NCBI RefSeq assembly: GCF_006345805.1
Contig: NC_043015.1
Location: forward strand, 29,016,001 to 29,080,000
Source: Octopus sinensis
Lineage: Eukaryota
Length of the DNA stretch: 64,000 nucleotides
Direction of reading: 5' to 3'
Under the pieces are notes generated by a model. It made no database searches. It worked only from the letters and a program-made list of their open reading frames with translations, and was not told the origin of the DNA. Position 1 is the first letter of the stretch, and each line of letters starts with the position of its first letter. Positions 51,171-64,000 of this stretch are shown here, piece by piece. The translations under genes and the position numbers were made by a program.

Positions 51171-51403
51171 ATACATACATACATACATACATACATACAT
51201 GATGGCTGCCCCCTCGTTATCGAGTATGGCCATTGCACGAAGTTTAACTGTTATTGGTGCTGTGATCGAATGTGACTTTTTAGCCCAGCTAAAGATCTAC
51301 AATTTGTTGTACAGAATTGGCAACTAAAACCTTTACTGGTAATAGCCGGCTGTAGTTGTAACTGGGCATCATGTACCTTTGCATGTCGTTTAAGTCCTCC
51401 TGC
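51171..51403 (-). mobile_element. 3' fragment of the zinc-finger RTE with (TATG)n tail
   Basis: AGGLKRHAKVHDAQLQLQPAITSKGFSCQFCTTNCRSLAGLKSHIRSQHQ*, nearly identical to the end of ORF 846-1169. Confidence 0.88.
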
Positions 51404-51645
51404 AAAAATTTTACAACACACACATACAAACACAAATGAATATAAGATCCAAGGATCGAGGTGTAGGAAGAAAGTTAGCTTCAAGCAATCCGTAGTAAAT
51501 ATAAAACCAACTTTCAGGGACAATAGTCAGTTACTGAGCCAGAAGGTTGTGGATTTTTTTTCTTATCAAAGTACAATAAATTGAAAAAAGTTATTTTTAT
51601 ATTTCACGGTAGGCAACCAGGGTTGCCAGATATGCGAAAAAGAAC

Positions 51646-51928
51646 ACAAGAGTTAAGGAATAGAGTAGATAAGATCTGGGCTAGATATGTTTCATAGTGA
51701 GTGGAACCGTGGAAGTGGTAAATATCCAAGAAAGGTGTATACCACAGGCTACTCTTCAGGCCAAGGATATCTTGATTGAATGAAAGTTTATATTGTCACA
51801 AGGAGGTACATGTTAATACATGGATGATTCAATCAGAATGTATCTTCTTTGTACTTGGTTTTGTTGGTTCTGCTCGCTATGAAACATATGTAGCTCAGAT
51901 CTTATCTACTCCATTCCTTAACTCTTGT
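51646..51928. mobile_element. MITE with 52-bp terminal inverted repeats
   Basis: 51646-51697 and 51877-51928 are inverted with 3 mismatches; a related single TIR is near 5719-5772. Confidence 0.8.
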
Positions 51929-52009
51929 ATGTATATATGTGTGTGTGTATGTTATGTGTGAGAGATAGATAGATAGCTAGCTAGATAGATAGAGAGAGAG
52001 AGAGATACC

Positions 52010-52357
52010 GGGACTTGGTGCTTGCTTTTTCCCTGGGTATGAGTAAGTATTTCACTTATATCTCAGGTATTTGCCGCTGAAGAGGGGAAAATTCTATGAA
52101 TTAACCCCGAAATTGGACAAATACGGTAATAACAAATTTTTTAGAAATTTCTATCGGTTTGTTTCGTGACGCATAAATTATAATGGTTATTTGACAATTT
52201 TTGTCTTTCTTTCGGCATATTTGGCATTAGAATTTTTCTTTTGCCCTTATTTTGTAAATTATTTATAAATTTAACCTTTAAAGGTATTTTTTGATATGCT
52301 GGCCATTGATAAAATTTTTTTCCCGAAAATATTTTTATCCTACATTAGTTATATATT
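52010..52357 (+). mobile_element. Second copy of the hammerhead-containing repeat
   Basis: Closely similar to 4590-4940; followed by (TA)n. Confidence 0.7.
52067..52131 (+). ncRNA. Type I hammerhead motif, slightly degenerate stem III
   Basis: CTGAAGA 52077-52083, GGGG/CCCC, GAAA 52109-52112, stem III TTGGACAAA with one mismatch. Confidence 0.65.
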
Positions 52358-52359
52358 TC

Positions 52360-52430
<71 letters not shown>

Positions 52431-53157
52431 TATATAGGTTGATTAGTGCCAATGCACAAAACTGTCGGACCTTGAGTCACTCTGCTTCTGCTAAATATTA
52501 ATAAATATGTATATGAAGCTTGCTTTGATCAGTGGTCAAAGAGCTTTATAAGTAGAAAAAAGCTACAAAGATTTTAGGTCATTTTAAGTTGCTTAATTAC
52601 AATACATGAACAAAAGAAGTTGGCGAGCTGGCAGTATTTCATCTGAGTTCAAATTCTGCCAAAGTTGACTTTGCTTTTCATCCTTTCAGGGTCGAAAAAT
52701 TAAGTACCAGTTGCATACTGAGGTCGATCTAATTGATTGGCCCCCTCCCCCAAAATTTCTGGTCTTGTACCTTGTGTAGAAAAAGAATATATGAACAAAG
52801 GGGAATAACTCAAGTAGGCCAATAGTGTGAATTTGTATAGTTCAAATAGCGATGTACAAGAATAGTTACTTGGCTCAGTTACTGGTAATAGACAACTTGG
52901 TGTTGTTATTGTTGTTGCTGTAGTTGCTATTATATAAAAAAAAAAAATACAAACTTGTTGATTTTTAACAGAGATAAATGGAATTGTGTATATTTAGTAG
53001 TATATAGTAGTGTAGTAACGTAGAACCAGCGTGACATAGTAGGGTGCATATACATCATCATCATCATCATCTTAATCATCATTTAATGTCCTTTCTTTCC
53101 ATGCTAGCATGGGTTGACAAGAACAGATGAGCCAGAGGGCACCACCAGCTAAAGTAC

Positions 53158-54000
53158 TGTACATACATACATGCATACATACATACATACATACATACAT
53201 ACATACACACATACATACATACATACATAATGCATACATACATACATACATACATACATTCATACATACATTCATACATACATACATACATACATGCATA
53301 CATACATACATACATACATACACAAATACATACATACACACATACATACATTCATACATACATGCATACATACATACATACATGCATACATACATGCATA
53401 CATGCATACATACATACATACATACATACATACATTCATACATACATACATGCATACATGCATACATACATACATACAAACATACATACATACATTCATA
53501 CATACATACATACATAAATACATACATACATGCATGCATACATACATGCATACATGCATACATACATACGTACATGCATACATACATACACACACATACA
53601 TACATACATATATACATACATACATACATACATACATACATACACATACATGCATACATACATACATACAAACATACATGCATACATACATACATACAAA
53701 CATACATACATAAATACATACATACATGCATGCATACATACATGCATACATGCATACATACATACATACATTCATACATACATACATGCATACATGCATA
53801 CATACATACAAACATACATACATACATTCATACATACATACATGCATACATGCATACATACATACATACAAACATACATGCATACATAGATACATGCATG
53901 CATACATACATACATACATACATACATACAAACATACATACATAAATACATACATACATACATACATACATGCATACATATATTACATAGATACATACAT
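53158..54000. repeat. Long imperfect (TACA)n microsatellite
   Basis: Direct reading. Confidence 0.95.
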
Positions 54001-54436
54001 TTGTGCACATACATGGTGTGGCTGTGCGGTAAGAAGCTTGCTTCCCAACCACATGGCTCCAGGTTCAGTCCCACTGCATGGCACCTTGGGCAGGTGTCTT
54101 CTGCTATAGCCTCGGGCCAACCAAAGCCTTGTGAGTGGATTTGGTAGACGGAAACTGAAAGAAACCCATCACATGTGTGTGTGTGTGATTGTGTCTGTGT
54201 TTGCCACCACCAAATGACAACCAATGTTGGTGTGTTTATGTCCCTGTAACTTAGCAGTTTGGTAATAGAGTATGATAGAATAAATACCAGGCTTAAAAGA
54301 ATAGGCACTGGGGTTGATTTGTACAATTAAAATTCTTCAAGGTGTTGCTCCAGCATGGCCACAGTCTAATAACTGAAACAAAAAAAAGGTAAAAATGATA
54401 CATACATACAAACATACATACATACATACCTATATA

Positions 54437-54517
<81 letters not shown>

Positions 54518-55340
54518 CCTACATATATACATACATATATATACATACATACATATATGTATATATATACATACAAACACATGCATATCTATAGCTAAGC
54601 ACATTTGTGTGAAATGTATTGTATATAGTTTAAGTATTATGTATGAATGCATATATGCTATGCTTGTAAATATGTATATACGCAACTATATATATATCCA
54701 AGTATATGCATGTACATACATCTATACACATCTGTGCAACAACATATGTATTTACATATGTACACATTTCTGTATGAAAACAAAAAAATCTTTTGAATGC
54801 CAATCAATACATCCTCTTGCAGTAAGATATTTACGTAGATATCTCTACTTAATGAATATTTCAGTACGGTCAATGTGAACCACACACACACACACACACA
54901 CACAAACATATACATGTAACAGTTATTTGTCCAGGTAAACACTGTTAAACCAGTCAAACAAGCTTAATTGCTGCATTCTTTTAATGCAACAGAGGATGAA
55001 AGAGTTGAGAAATATGTTCAGTAAATGATAGAAGACCAAAAAAATTACTTTCGATTACTATTTTGTTCAATAAAATTGTTTGATCTGGTAAATTGTGGGG
55101 GTTAACTTCTCTTACGAACAAGGGTGGGGGTTTTAATTTTTGTTTAAAAATAACAAGTTTTTTGTCTTTTTTTTTTTTTTTTTGTTATTTCTAGACCTGT
55201 TTATCAGAACAATAATTGTAATTCCTATTTAGATTCTGACATCCAGTAATGTCAAAGTGAGTGTTATCATATTCGTTTGGAAAACTTTTAAATTATTTCA
55301 ACTTTGAATTATAATCAGTTGGTTGGAAAAGTTTGCTAAT

Positions 55341-55744
55341 AGGTGCAGGAGTGGCTGTGTGGTAAGTAGCTTGTTTATCAACCACATGGTTCCGGGTTCA
55401 GTCCCACTGCGTGACACCTTGGGCTAGTGTCTTCTACTATAGCCTCGGGCCGACCAAAGCCTTGTGAGTGGATTTGGTAGACGGAAACTGAAAGAAGCCC
55501 GTCGTATATATCTATATATATATATATATGCGTGTGTGTTTGTGTTTGTCCCCCTAGCATTGCTTGACAACCGATGCTGGTGTGTTTATGTCCCCGTTAC
55601 TTAGCAGTTCGGCAAAAGAAACCGATAGAATAAGTACTGGGCTTACAAAAGAATAAGTCCCGGGGTCAAGTTGCTCGATTAAAGGCGGTGCTCCAGCATG
55701 GCCGCAGTCAAATGACTGAAACAAGTAAGAGAGTAAAAGAGTAA
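55341..55744 (+). mobile_element. SINE family A, full length
   Basis: Family A match with GAGTAAAA tail. Confidence 0.88.
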
Positions 55745-55745
55745 T

Positions 55746-56124
55746 GTTGTTTATTTGTTTGTTTGTTTGTTGAGTGAAGCGGTCTTCGTCCCGTCTGTAG
55801 TTGGAGAAGTCCGAAACGTGGTCCTTTGCTATTCGTAAGACCCGCAGAAGAGAGAAAGCAGGTCAACCCCCCCGACACCGAGAGCATCGACGGATGGGTG
55901 AATGTGCATCCAAGCTCAGTGGTTGCGTAGGAAGTCGGGGACAAGAAACAGGAAGAAAGAGTGAGAGAAAGTTGTAGCGACAGGGGTCGCCACCACCCCC
56001 TGCCAGAGCCTCGTGGAACTTTAGCTGTTTTCGCTCAATAAACACACACAACGCCCGGTCTGGGAATCGAAACCGCGATCCTCCGACCGCGAGTCCGCTG
56101 CCCTAACCATTGAGCCATTGCGCC
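55746..56124 (-). mobile_element. SINE family C with (CAAA)n tail
   Basis: Head shared with 10544; body shared with 63180-63440. Confidence 0.82.
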
Positions 56125-56398
56125 TCGACAATGTTGTTTAAATTGCTGAGTGGCTTCACTCAACGTTTTTGTTTTTGTAAGGTTATTGTAGAACATAGAA
56201 CTACCCAAGACAATTATTATCTGAGAAGACACTGTATCCTTCCCACAATGCATCAACTCTCTCTCGACCGCCTCTACAGCCTTTTTCTCTTAATGACTCT
56301 TTTTAAGGTCTCTTTTCCTTCTTCGTTTTTTGCCGTTTTATTTTGTGCAGTCAATCTCTGGTTGTAGCTAGAATCTTTCTTCAACTTGGGACCTTCAT

Positions 56399-57060
56399 CT
56401 TCAAGACCTCAAAACAACACTTACTGGAAGACAATATCCACCCTCACTGATAGATGAGGGAATTAAACGTGCCAAAAAATTAGACATAAAAACACTAAGA
56501 ACAACAAAACATAACACCACACCTCATCTCAAAACACTACTATTTATATCAACACACAACCCCAGAAACAGTGAGACATTCAACACTATTGTGCAAAATC
56601 TTCCTTTACTAACTAGAGATCCAAAATAAATGACATTCTGAAAATGCACAAACTCATCAAATGCAAAAAGCAACACTAATCACTAAAGAGACTACTAACA
56701 AATGTGAAGCTTTACAAAACAACCACGAAACAAACGGTTAAAAAATGTGGACGCCCAAACTGTGGAACCTACCTCAACTTACTTGAAGGCTTGAATTTCC
56801 TTTTCAAACAAGGACAGAGGTTCACAATTGAAACTAGTTTCACTTGTGTCTCCGAGAAGCTAATTTATGTAATAACCTGCTCAGGTTGCAGACACAACTA
56901 TATTGGACAGACGAGTATGACCTCAAGAAGGAGGACCACTCTACATAAAGAGCAAATCCGTTTCCCGCAATACAGGCAAATTCCTTTCAGTGAACATATA
57001 GAAAAATGTGCAGAAAACATCAAAACAAATTTCACAGTCTTCCCCTTCTACCAGTGCACC
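56399..57060 (+). mobile_element. Penelope-like element fragment (RT C-terminal region, Cys linker, GIY-YIG endonuclease)
   Basis: LQDLKTTLTGRQYPPSLIDEGIKRAK...THNP...; KCGRPNCGT; LIYVITCSGCRHNYIGQT...HKEQIR...FSEHIEKC. Confidence 0.85.
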
Positions 57061-57136
57061 GCCTACTACTACTACTACTACTACTAGTCCTCCTCCTCCT
57101 CCCCTCCTCCTCCTACTACTACTACTACTACTACTA

Positions 57137-57168
<32 letters not shown>

Positions 57169-57548
57169 GCACAGGCATTGCTGTGTGGTAGGAAACTTGT
57201 TTCCCAACCACATGGTTCCAGGTTCAGTCCCAGTGCATGGCACCTTGGGCAAGTATCTTCTACTATAGCCTTGGGCTGACCAAAGCCTTGTGAATGGATT
57301 TGATAGACAGAAACTGAAGGAAGCTCATTGTGTGTGCATGTGACCTTATCTTGACATCATGTGATGTAGTTAACAAGCATCACCTTCATATAAGCAACAC
57401 TGTTTGTTTCTAATTTTCCATGTTAAACATGTCTGACCCGAGGAAATATTACCTTGCTTGGAAACAGGTAAAGGGTTGGCAACAGGAAAGGTATCTGGCT
57501 GTAGAATATCAGTCTCATCAAAGGATGGGAAAAAACATTAAATGATGG

Positions 57549-57600
<52 letters not shown>

Positions 57601-57734
57601 AATGATGATGATGGCAATACATATATGTATATATATGTATATGTACATATATGTGTGTGTGTCTTTGTGTTTTTTCTAATCATATGCTTTGTAGCAAGGT
57701 TGTAAAAGAAAGTATTTTGTTTTGTTCCTCAATT

Positions 57735-58600
57735 TTTAAATCTTAAGGTCTTGCAGATTGTTATCATCCCAAATATCACAATTATTTGCAGTGTGTGAAT
57801 TAAGGGGTTGCATTCTCTTCCCAAGAACCTGAGTTCTGCCATACTTTGCTCCAGACAGGTCGGTACAAATCCTGCTGCTTCAATGATTATAGGTATAAAA
57901 CTGAAAAAGGCGGTGAGCTGGCAGAATCGTTAGCACGCCGGGTGAAATGCGTAGCCGTATTTCGTCTGCTGTTACGTTCTGAGTTCAAATTCCGCCAAGG
58001 TCGACTTTGCCTTTCATCCTTTCGTGGTCGATAAATTAAGTACCAGTTACGCACTGGGGTCGATGTAATCGACTTAATCCATGTGTCTGTCCTTGTTTGT
58101 CCCCTCTATGTCTAGCCCCTTTTGGGTAATAAAGAAATAAAAAGCTTTCTTCCTGACCCCATGATTCTGAGTTCAAATTCCACTGAGGTCGACTTAGCCT
58201 TTCATCCTTTCGGGGTCGATTAAATAAGTACCAGTTATGCACTGGGGTCGATGTAATCGACTTAATCTGTGTGTCTGTCCTTGTTTGTCCCCTCTATTTT
58301 TAGCCCCTTGTGGGTAGTAAAAAAAAAAAAGGTATAAAACTGAAAGCATATCTTGGGTCCTGGATTTGCAAACACTTTGTCAACGGTCCATAGATGTCTT
58401 TTTTCCCCTGTATTTTTCTGACCACATAAGTGTCTAGAGGACAGCTGGTTTCTACAACAAAGCATATTTTTTTCCTTGTGGTCTCACACAATATCTGGCT
58501 CGTTGTGACTTATTTTAATTTTCAAGTTCCACAAATATTCAGTTGACCCATCGGACTCGATATCGTCAACTTTGTCCGTTGATGTATGTATGGTTAACTA
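57735..58600 (-). mobile_element. R4/Dong-like restriction-like endonuclease C-terminus, split by a SINE B
   Basis: SHNEPDIV...CFVVETSCPLD...YAFSFIP joins IIIEAAGFVP...ITICKT across the SINE. Confidence 0.75.
57907..58329 (+). mobile_element. SINE family B, head plus three modules
   Basis: 16-bp TSD AGGTATAAAACTGAAA at 57891-57906 and 58330-58345. Confidence 0.88.
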
Positions 58601-59090
58601 TCACCACATTTGCTTTTGTATTAGTTACATAAGAGTTAACTTCAGCTCTGTATTACCATTTTAGATCTTTATTATTGTTATCTTATGTTAATAAAATCAA
58701 TAAGTTAATATATAAGGTAAAAAGAAACCCATCTATAGATCAATATATTATGCATATTTCTGTATGCTTGTGTGTGTGTGCGTATGTATATATACATACC
58801 AAATAGAAATTATTACATTACATCAAATATCAAATATAGGTTACTATATAACATCAATATTAAATACAAGTGACTACATTACATCAATATCAAATACAGG
58901 TTACTTGTATTGCATCAATATGTATCAACTATATTATGTCAATAACAACTTGAGATCAATATAGAATGAATACTATCAACCAATCAATATATCAAAGGAA
59001 TACCATCTACTAGTCAAAGCACTGTATCAAAATAAGGCAGTATGAAAGGGTTCACTCTTGGGCAGAATGTCTTTTATCATTTATGTGGGA

Positions 59091-59330
59091 TGACGTCAGC
59101 AGCTGGGGAGCTGACCGGAACTCGGGGCTGACCGGAAGGGGCAGCAGTGACGCGCGCGCAGCGAGGGCAGGATTCGGCCTTTTCGAGGTAGGTCGCCGAG
59201 GGGGTAAGATGGCGTCAGCACGTTGTTAAGGTTGGGAGAAGCAGCTGCTATTTCTAGCGTTCGGGTCGGGCTGTGTTGAAGGATTCATTACCACTGAAGG
59301 GTCTCCGTCTGAGCGAAGAGAAGGTAAGGG
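59091..59330 (+). promoter_or_regulatory. GC/CpG-rich promoter-like island with probable first exon of an unidentified plus-strand gene
   Basis: TGACGTCA (59091), two CTGACCGGAA ETS-like sites, GCGCGCGC, CCTTTTC, AAGATGGCG (59206), donor AG|GTAAGG at 59324; about 68% GC over 59101-59220 by hand count. Confidence 0.65.
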
Positions 59331-59589
59331 CCTTTATTTCAAATCTCTCGCATACACCACAATTTACTTGTTGGATTGCAGCCGTACTGGGGCGTCACCT
59401 TGAAGGGTTTTAGTTGAACGAGTCAACCCCTGTGCTTAGGTTTTAGGTCTCAGAACCAAAATCTTCAAAGCGACATGAACAGAAAGCAAAGAAATAAAAT
59501 AACAGGAGAGAGAAAGGCTCAACAAAACCATCCTCATCCTCCATCAATATTCTTTGCTACTCTAGGAACTAGGCCCGAAATTTTGGGGA

Positions 59590-59935
59590 AGAGGGGCAGT
59601 TGATTAGATCGACACCAGTATGCAACTGGTACTTAATTTAACAATCCTGAAAGGATGAAAGGCAAAATCGACCTCGGCGGAATTTGAACTCAGAGTGTAA
59701 AGACAGACGAAATACCCATTTCTTTACTACCCACAAGGGGCTAAACACAGAGGGGACAAACAAGGACAGACAAATGGATTAAGTCGATTACATCGACCCC
59801 AGTGCATAACTGGCACTTATTTAATCGACCCCGAAAGGATGAAATGCAAAGTCGACCTCGGCGGAATTTGAACTCAGAGCATAAAGACAGACGAAATACT
59901 GCTAAGCATTTCACCTGGTGTGCTAACGTTTCTGC
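59590..59935 (-). mobile_element. SINE family B, two modules
   Basis: Family B match. Confidence 0.78.
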
Positions 59936-60770
59936 CTTCATCGTCTATGAATATTATCATGCAGTCAATGCCATCGACTCTTTTATGCAAGACTTGGTCT
60001 ACAGAGTCATCAATGCCATCACCATAAAGGAAGCGTTCAGCAAAGAAGGAACGAAGTAAAAGGAAAATAACCAAACCAATACAAGTTATCAAGCTGGGTG
60101 ACAAGCACACACACACACACAGAGGATTCCACACAGTTTCCATCAACCAAATTCAGTCACAAGGCATTGGTCAGCTCCGGGTTGTAGCAGAAGACACTTG
60201 CCCAGGGTACCACACTGTGGAACAGAACTCGAAACCACATGCTTGTAAAGTGAGCTTCTTAATCACAGCATGCCATTATTCATTAACATCCATTTTCCAT
60301 GCTAGCCTTAATTACATGGGAATGGAACTGAGATGAGATTTTTACAGCCAGATGATCTTCCTCTGATCAACCCTTACCTGTTTTCCAAGTAAGGGATTCT
60401 ACACAGTTTCTTATTTCTCTATTGCCCACAAGGGGCTAAACACAGAGGGGACAAACAAGGATAGACAAAGGGATTATGTCAATTACATCGACCCCAGTGT
60501 GTAACTGGTACTTAATTTATCGACCCCGTCTACCAAATTCATTCACAAGGCTTTTTGGTCAGCCCAAGGCTATACTAGAAGACCCTTGCCGAAGGTGCCA
60601 TGCAGTGGGACACAGCCACCAGTTTCTATCTACCAGGTCCACTCAGAAGGCTTTGATCAGCCTGAGGCCTTAGCAGAAGATATTTGCCTTAGGTGCCACA
60701 CAGTGGGACTGAACCCAGAGCCATGTGGTCAGGAAGTAAACCTCTTACCACACAGCCATGCCTGTGCCTA

Positions 60771-61689
60771 TACTCTTTTACTCTTTTACTTGTTTCAGTC
60801 ATTTGACTGCGGCCATGCTGGAGCACCGCCTTTAGTCGAGCAAATCGACCCCGGGACTTATTCTTTTTTGTAAGCCCAGTACTTATTCTATCGGTCTCTT
60901 TTGCTGAACCGCTAAGTGACGGGGACGTAAACACACCAGCATCGGTTGTCAAGCAATGCTGGAGGCACACAAACATATACATACATATACATACATATAT
61001 ATACATATACTAGCAGTATCGCTCGGCGTTGCTCGGGTTTGTAAGGGAAATAACTATATAAGCATTTTTAGAGAGTTACTTCCCTTATAGATGCCAATTT
61101 GGGCTTTCTTAGCCATTTCTGTTTTGGTGTCTTCAAGCCATGAAGTCGTTGTTCTAAAAGAACGCTGGTCTCCTTGACAACGCTTTACGACGTTGATTTC
61201 CTTAAACTCCCTTCCCCACAGCTTCAAGAGGGAGGGAAGAAGGGGGAGAAGCAAACAGGTGCAGGTGTGACCATGGACGCCAACTCTGCCGCCATCGACA
61301 CACAAAAAATTATGCATTAAAATGGAATAAAAAATGATGTTAAATTATTTTTAAAATCGTAGACTCATCGTAGATGCGCGCTAATACTCAGACGGGCTCG
61401 ATATTAATCACGACTATAAGATACCCGAATTTGGTTAAACTGCACCGCAAAATGTGAGAGGAGTTAGGAATCTAAATCGAAGGGGACAGACACTCACACA
61501 ACTACAGTTTTATATATATAGATATACGACAGGCTTCTTTCAGTTTCCGTCTACCAAATCCACCCACAAGGCATCGGTCGGCCCGAGGCTATAGCTATAG
61601 CAGAAGACACTTGCCCAAGATGCCACGCAGTGGGACTGAACCCGGAACCATGTGGTTGGTAGGCAAGCTACTTACCACACAGCCACTCC
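60771..61689 (-). mobile_element. SINE family A split by a Helitron
   Basis: Tail half at 60771-61009, head half at 61523-61689. Confidence 0.85.
61010..61522 (-). mobile_element. Non-autonomous Helitron (family H2) with an extra internal ~215-bp segment
   Basis: A|TC...hairpin-CTAG|T ends matching 37842-38239. Confidence 0.82.
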
Positions 61690-62239
61690 ATCCTTATTTC
61701 AAAACAGTCAGTTGATTGTTATTCCAAACTAGTTATACAACCGTATAAAGACTCCCTTGGAAAGCTTGCATTCATCAGACAGGTGGATGCAATTAATGAT
61801 CAAACGATAATTAAGACTAGTGATATCATGTTTGAAAGAAAATTTAGTAGTTTTTTGTTGTTTGTTTGTGTGCTTTTTTTTTTTTACTTTCATTTTTCCT
61901 GTTTATGAATGAGGTTGTGTTTACTAAAGTCTGAGGCAAACTGTTTGCTTTGCTTTGCTTTTTTTTCTTGTTTGGTCTTTATTTTTATGGCATTGGTCAC
62001 TAACGCTAACTCTAACTAACCACAAAGAACCTCCCACCATTTTCTCCACCATTGTGGCAATGTTGTTGCAGGCTCCAATCACAACCGCAATTCATTCGCT
62101 CCTCCTCCTCCTCCTCCTCCTCCTCCAACTACTACTACTACTACTACTACTTTACATCCTCCTCTTCTGTCTCTGTTTCTTTTTTCTTCTTTGTTTTTTT
62201 CCCTTTTTCTTATCTTCTCCATCCTCACTACTAATCATA

Positions 62240-62318
62240 ATCTCTCCCCGCCCCCCCGCTGCTGCTACTGCTGCTACTGCTGCTACTGCTGCTACTGCTG
62301 CTACTGCTGCTACTACTG

Positions 62319-62352
<34 letters not shown>

Positions 62353-62500
62353 TAGTACTACTACTATAACTACAACTACTACTACTACCACCACCACCGC
62401 TGCTGCCACCACTATCACCACCACCACCACTACCACCACCACCACCACCACTACCACTACCACTACTACTACTACTATTACTACTACTACTACTACTACT
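62240..62500. repeat. Compound trinucleotide repeat (CTG/CTA/CCA)
   Basis: Direct reading. Confidence 0.9.
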
Positions 62501-63068
62501 TTACATTCTCCTCTTCTGCCTCTGTTTCTTCTTTTTCTTCTCTTTCTCCCTTTTCTCTTTCCCCATCCTCACTAAAGTCATATTCTGCCTCCTCCTCCTC
62601 CTCCTCCTCCTCCTTTTCTTTGTTTTGTTTGTTGTCTCCCCCCACCCCCTTTATCCACCACCCCACTCCACCCTTTATCACAAACAGAGAACTAGGTCCC
62701 ATCTGTTTAAACATATTGTTAAATATTCATCTTTTAGCCTCTGTGATTTGTTTGTTTCTTTTTTCTTTGTTTGTTATTGCTGGTGGTTTGTTAGAAATTC
62801 CCTGAAGAAGCAATTACCTAACAGCTGAATAATTTAAAACTAAGTCATTCAGTCCGAAAAGAGGGAGGGAAAGAAGAAAGAAAGAAAGAGAAAAAATACA
62901 AAAATCCTTACTATACATTGATAAATACGATTGATTAGTTATTATAAATTTTAGATTTTAATGACATATTTTTTCTCATTTTTTTTGGTTATGTTCAAAT
63001 GCATTGGTAAATAGAGCTTGTTAGCTGGAGTCATGAAGACTGCTTTAATTTAGTTGAGTTTGTTGTTG

Positions 63069-63777
63069 TTACTGTTGTTACTAACTATTGTTGTCCTTGT
63101 TTTTGCTGTAGTTGCTGCAGTTGTTGTTGTTGTTGTTGTTGCTGTTGAGCGAACGCTGTTGAGCGAATGCTGTTGAGCGAACGGTCTTCGTCCCAGAGCT
63201 CGCAAGATGGGAGAAGTCCGAAACGTTGGTCCTTTGCTATTCGTAAGACCCGCAGAAGAGAAAGCAGGTCAACCCTCCCCGACACCGAGAGCATCGACGG
63301 ATGGATGAATGCGCATCCAGGCTCGGCGGTTGCATAGGAAGTTGGGGTCAAGAAACAGGAAGAAAGAGTGAGAGAAAGTTGGAGCGAAAGAGTACAACAG
63401 GGGTCGCCACCACCCCCTGCCGGAGCCTCGTGGAGCTTTAGGTGCAAGTGTCTTCTACTATAGCCTTGGGCTGACCAAAGCCTTGTGAGTGGATTTGGTA
63501 GACGGAAACTGAAAGAAGCCTGTCATATATATGTATATATATATGTATGTGTGTGTATATGTTTGTGTGTCTGTGTTTGTCCCCACAACATCGCTTGACA
63601 ACCGATGCTGGTGTGTTTACGTCCCCGTAACTTAGCGGTTCAGCAAAAGAGACCGATAGAATAAGTACTAGGCTTACAAAGAATAAGTCCTGGGGTTGAT
63701 TTGCTCGACTAAAAGGCGGTGCTCCAGCATGGTCACAGTCACGTGACTGAAACAAGTAAAAAGAGAGTAAAAGAGTA
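63069..63777. mobile_element. Headless SINE C (minus) joined directly to headless SINE A (plus) at about 63444
   Basis: SINE C body stops at CTTTAGGTG; SINE A resumes at GCAAGTGTCTTC. Confidence 0.7.
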
Positions 63778-64000
63778 TATATATACATATAATAGTGTAA
63801 TTCCGCATCCAAATCACCATTGGATCTAAGAATTGCATAACCGCATACAGACAAATCAAAAAGATGAAAAGACGTTTATCTTTTTGTCTCAAAAAAGAAG
63901 TTTTGTGAGTTTAAACAAAAGTCATTAAGATAAAAATTGTATTTTTTGTTTGCAACTGTTTGCGAATAAATGTTGAGGTGATGGGAAAATATTTTGCATT

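Noticed and set aside
58818-58925. Short ~30-bp degenerate tandem repeat upstream of the GC island
   Set aside because: Only about three AT-rich copies, with no supportable function
59874-60146. Protein-like ORF FLYGDGIDDSVDQVLHKRVDGID
   Set aside because: Both ends run into SINE sequence, there are no convincing splice sites, and no family was recognised

Overview
AT-rich, intron-dominated eukaryotic DNA, most likely octopus (inferred from the SINE/LINE/microsatellite landscape, not verified). One host gene is recognisable: the 5' end of the proteasome adaptor ECPAS/ECM29 on the minus strand. Three coding exons splice in frame (26875-26854, 22000-21870, 17136-17020) to give [90 protein letters not shown]; exon 4 was not found in the window. 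A short GC/CpG-rich promoter-like island near 59.1-59.3 kb suggests a second, unidentified gene start. The rest is mostly mobile DNA: several tRNA-derived SINE families, RTE-clade LINEs, CR1, R4/Dong-like and HERO-like fragments, a Penelope-like RT/GIY-YIG fragment, an internally deleted Ty3/gypsy element, a mariner fossil, TTAA piggyBac-like MITEs, non-autonomous Helitrons and long microsatellites. The most interesting observations are: an RTE LINE family with three tandem C-terminal C2H2 fingers that appears to insert into and regenerate (TATG)n microsatellites, with a bipartite non-autonomous derivative; a ~350-bp (TA)n-associated repeat carrying a complete type I hammerhead ribozyme; a SINE with a ~150-bp target-site duplication; and a modular SINE family moving as multimers, one copy carrying a captured 226-bp open-frame segment. 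Element boundaries were read by eye and are approximate unless a TSD or splice site is given.
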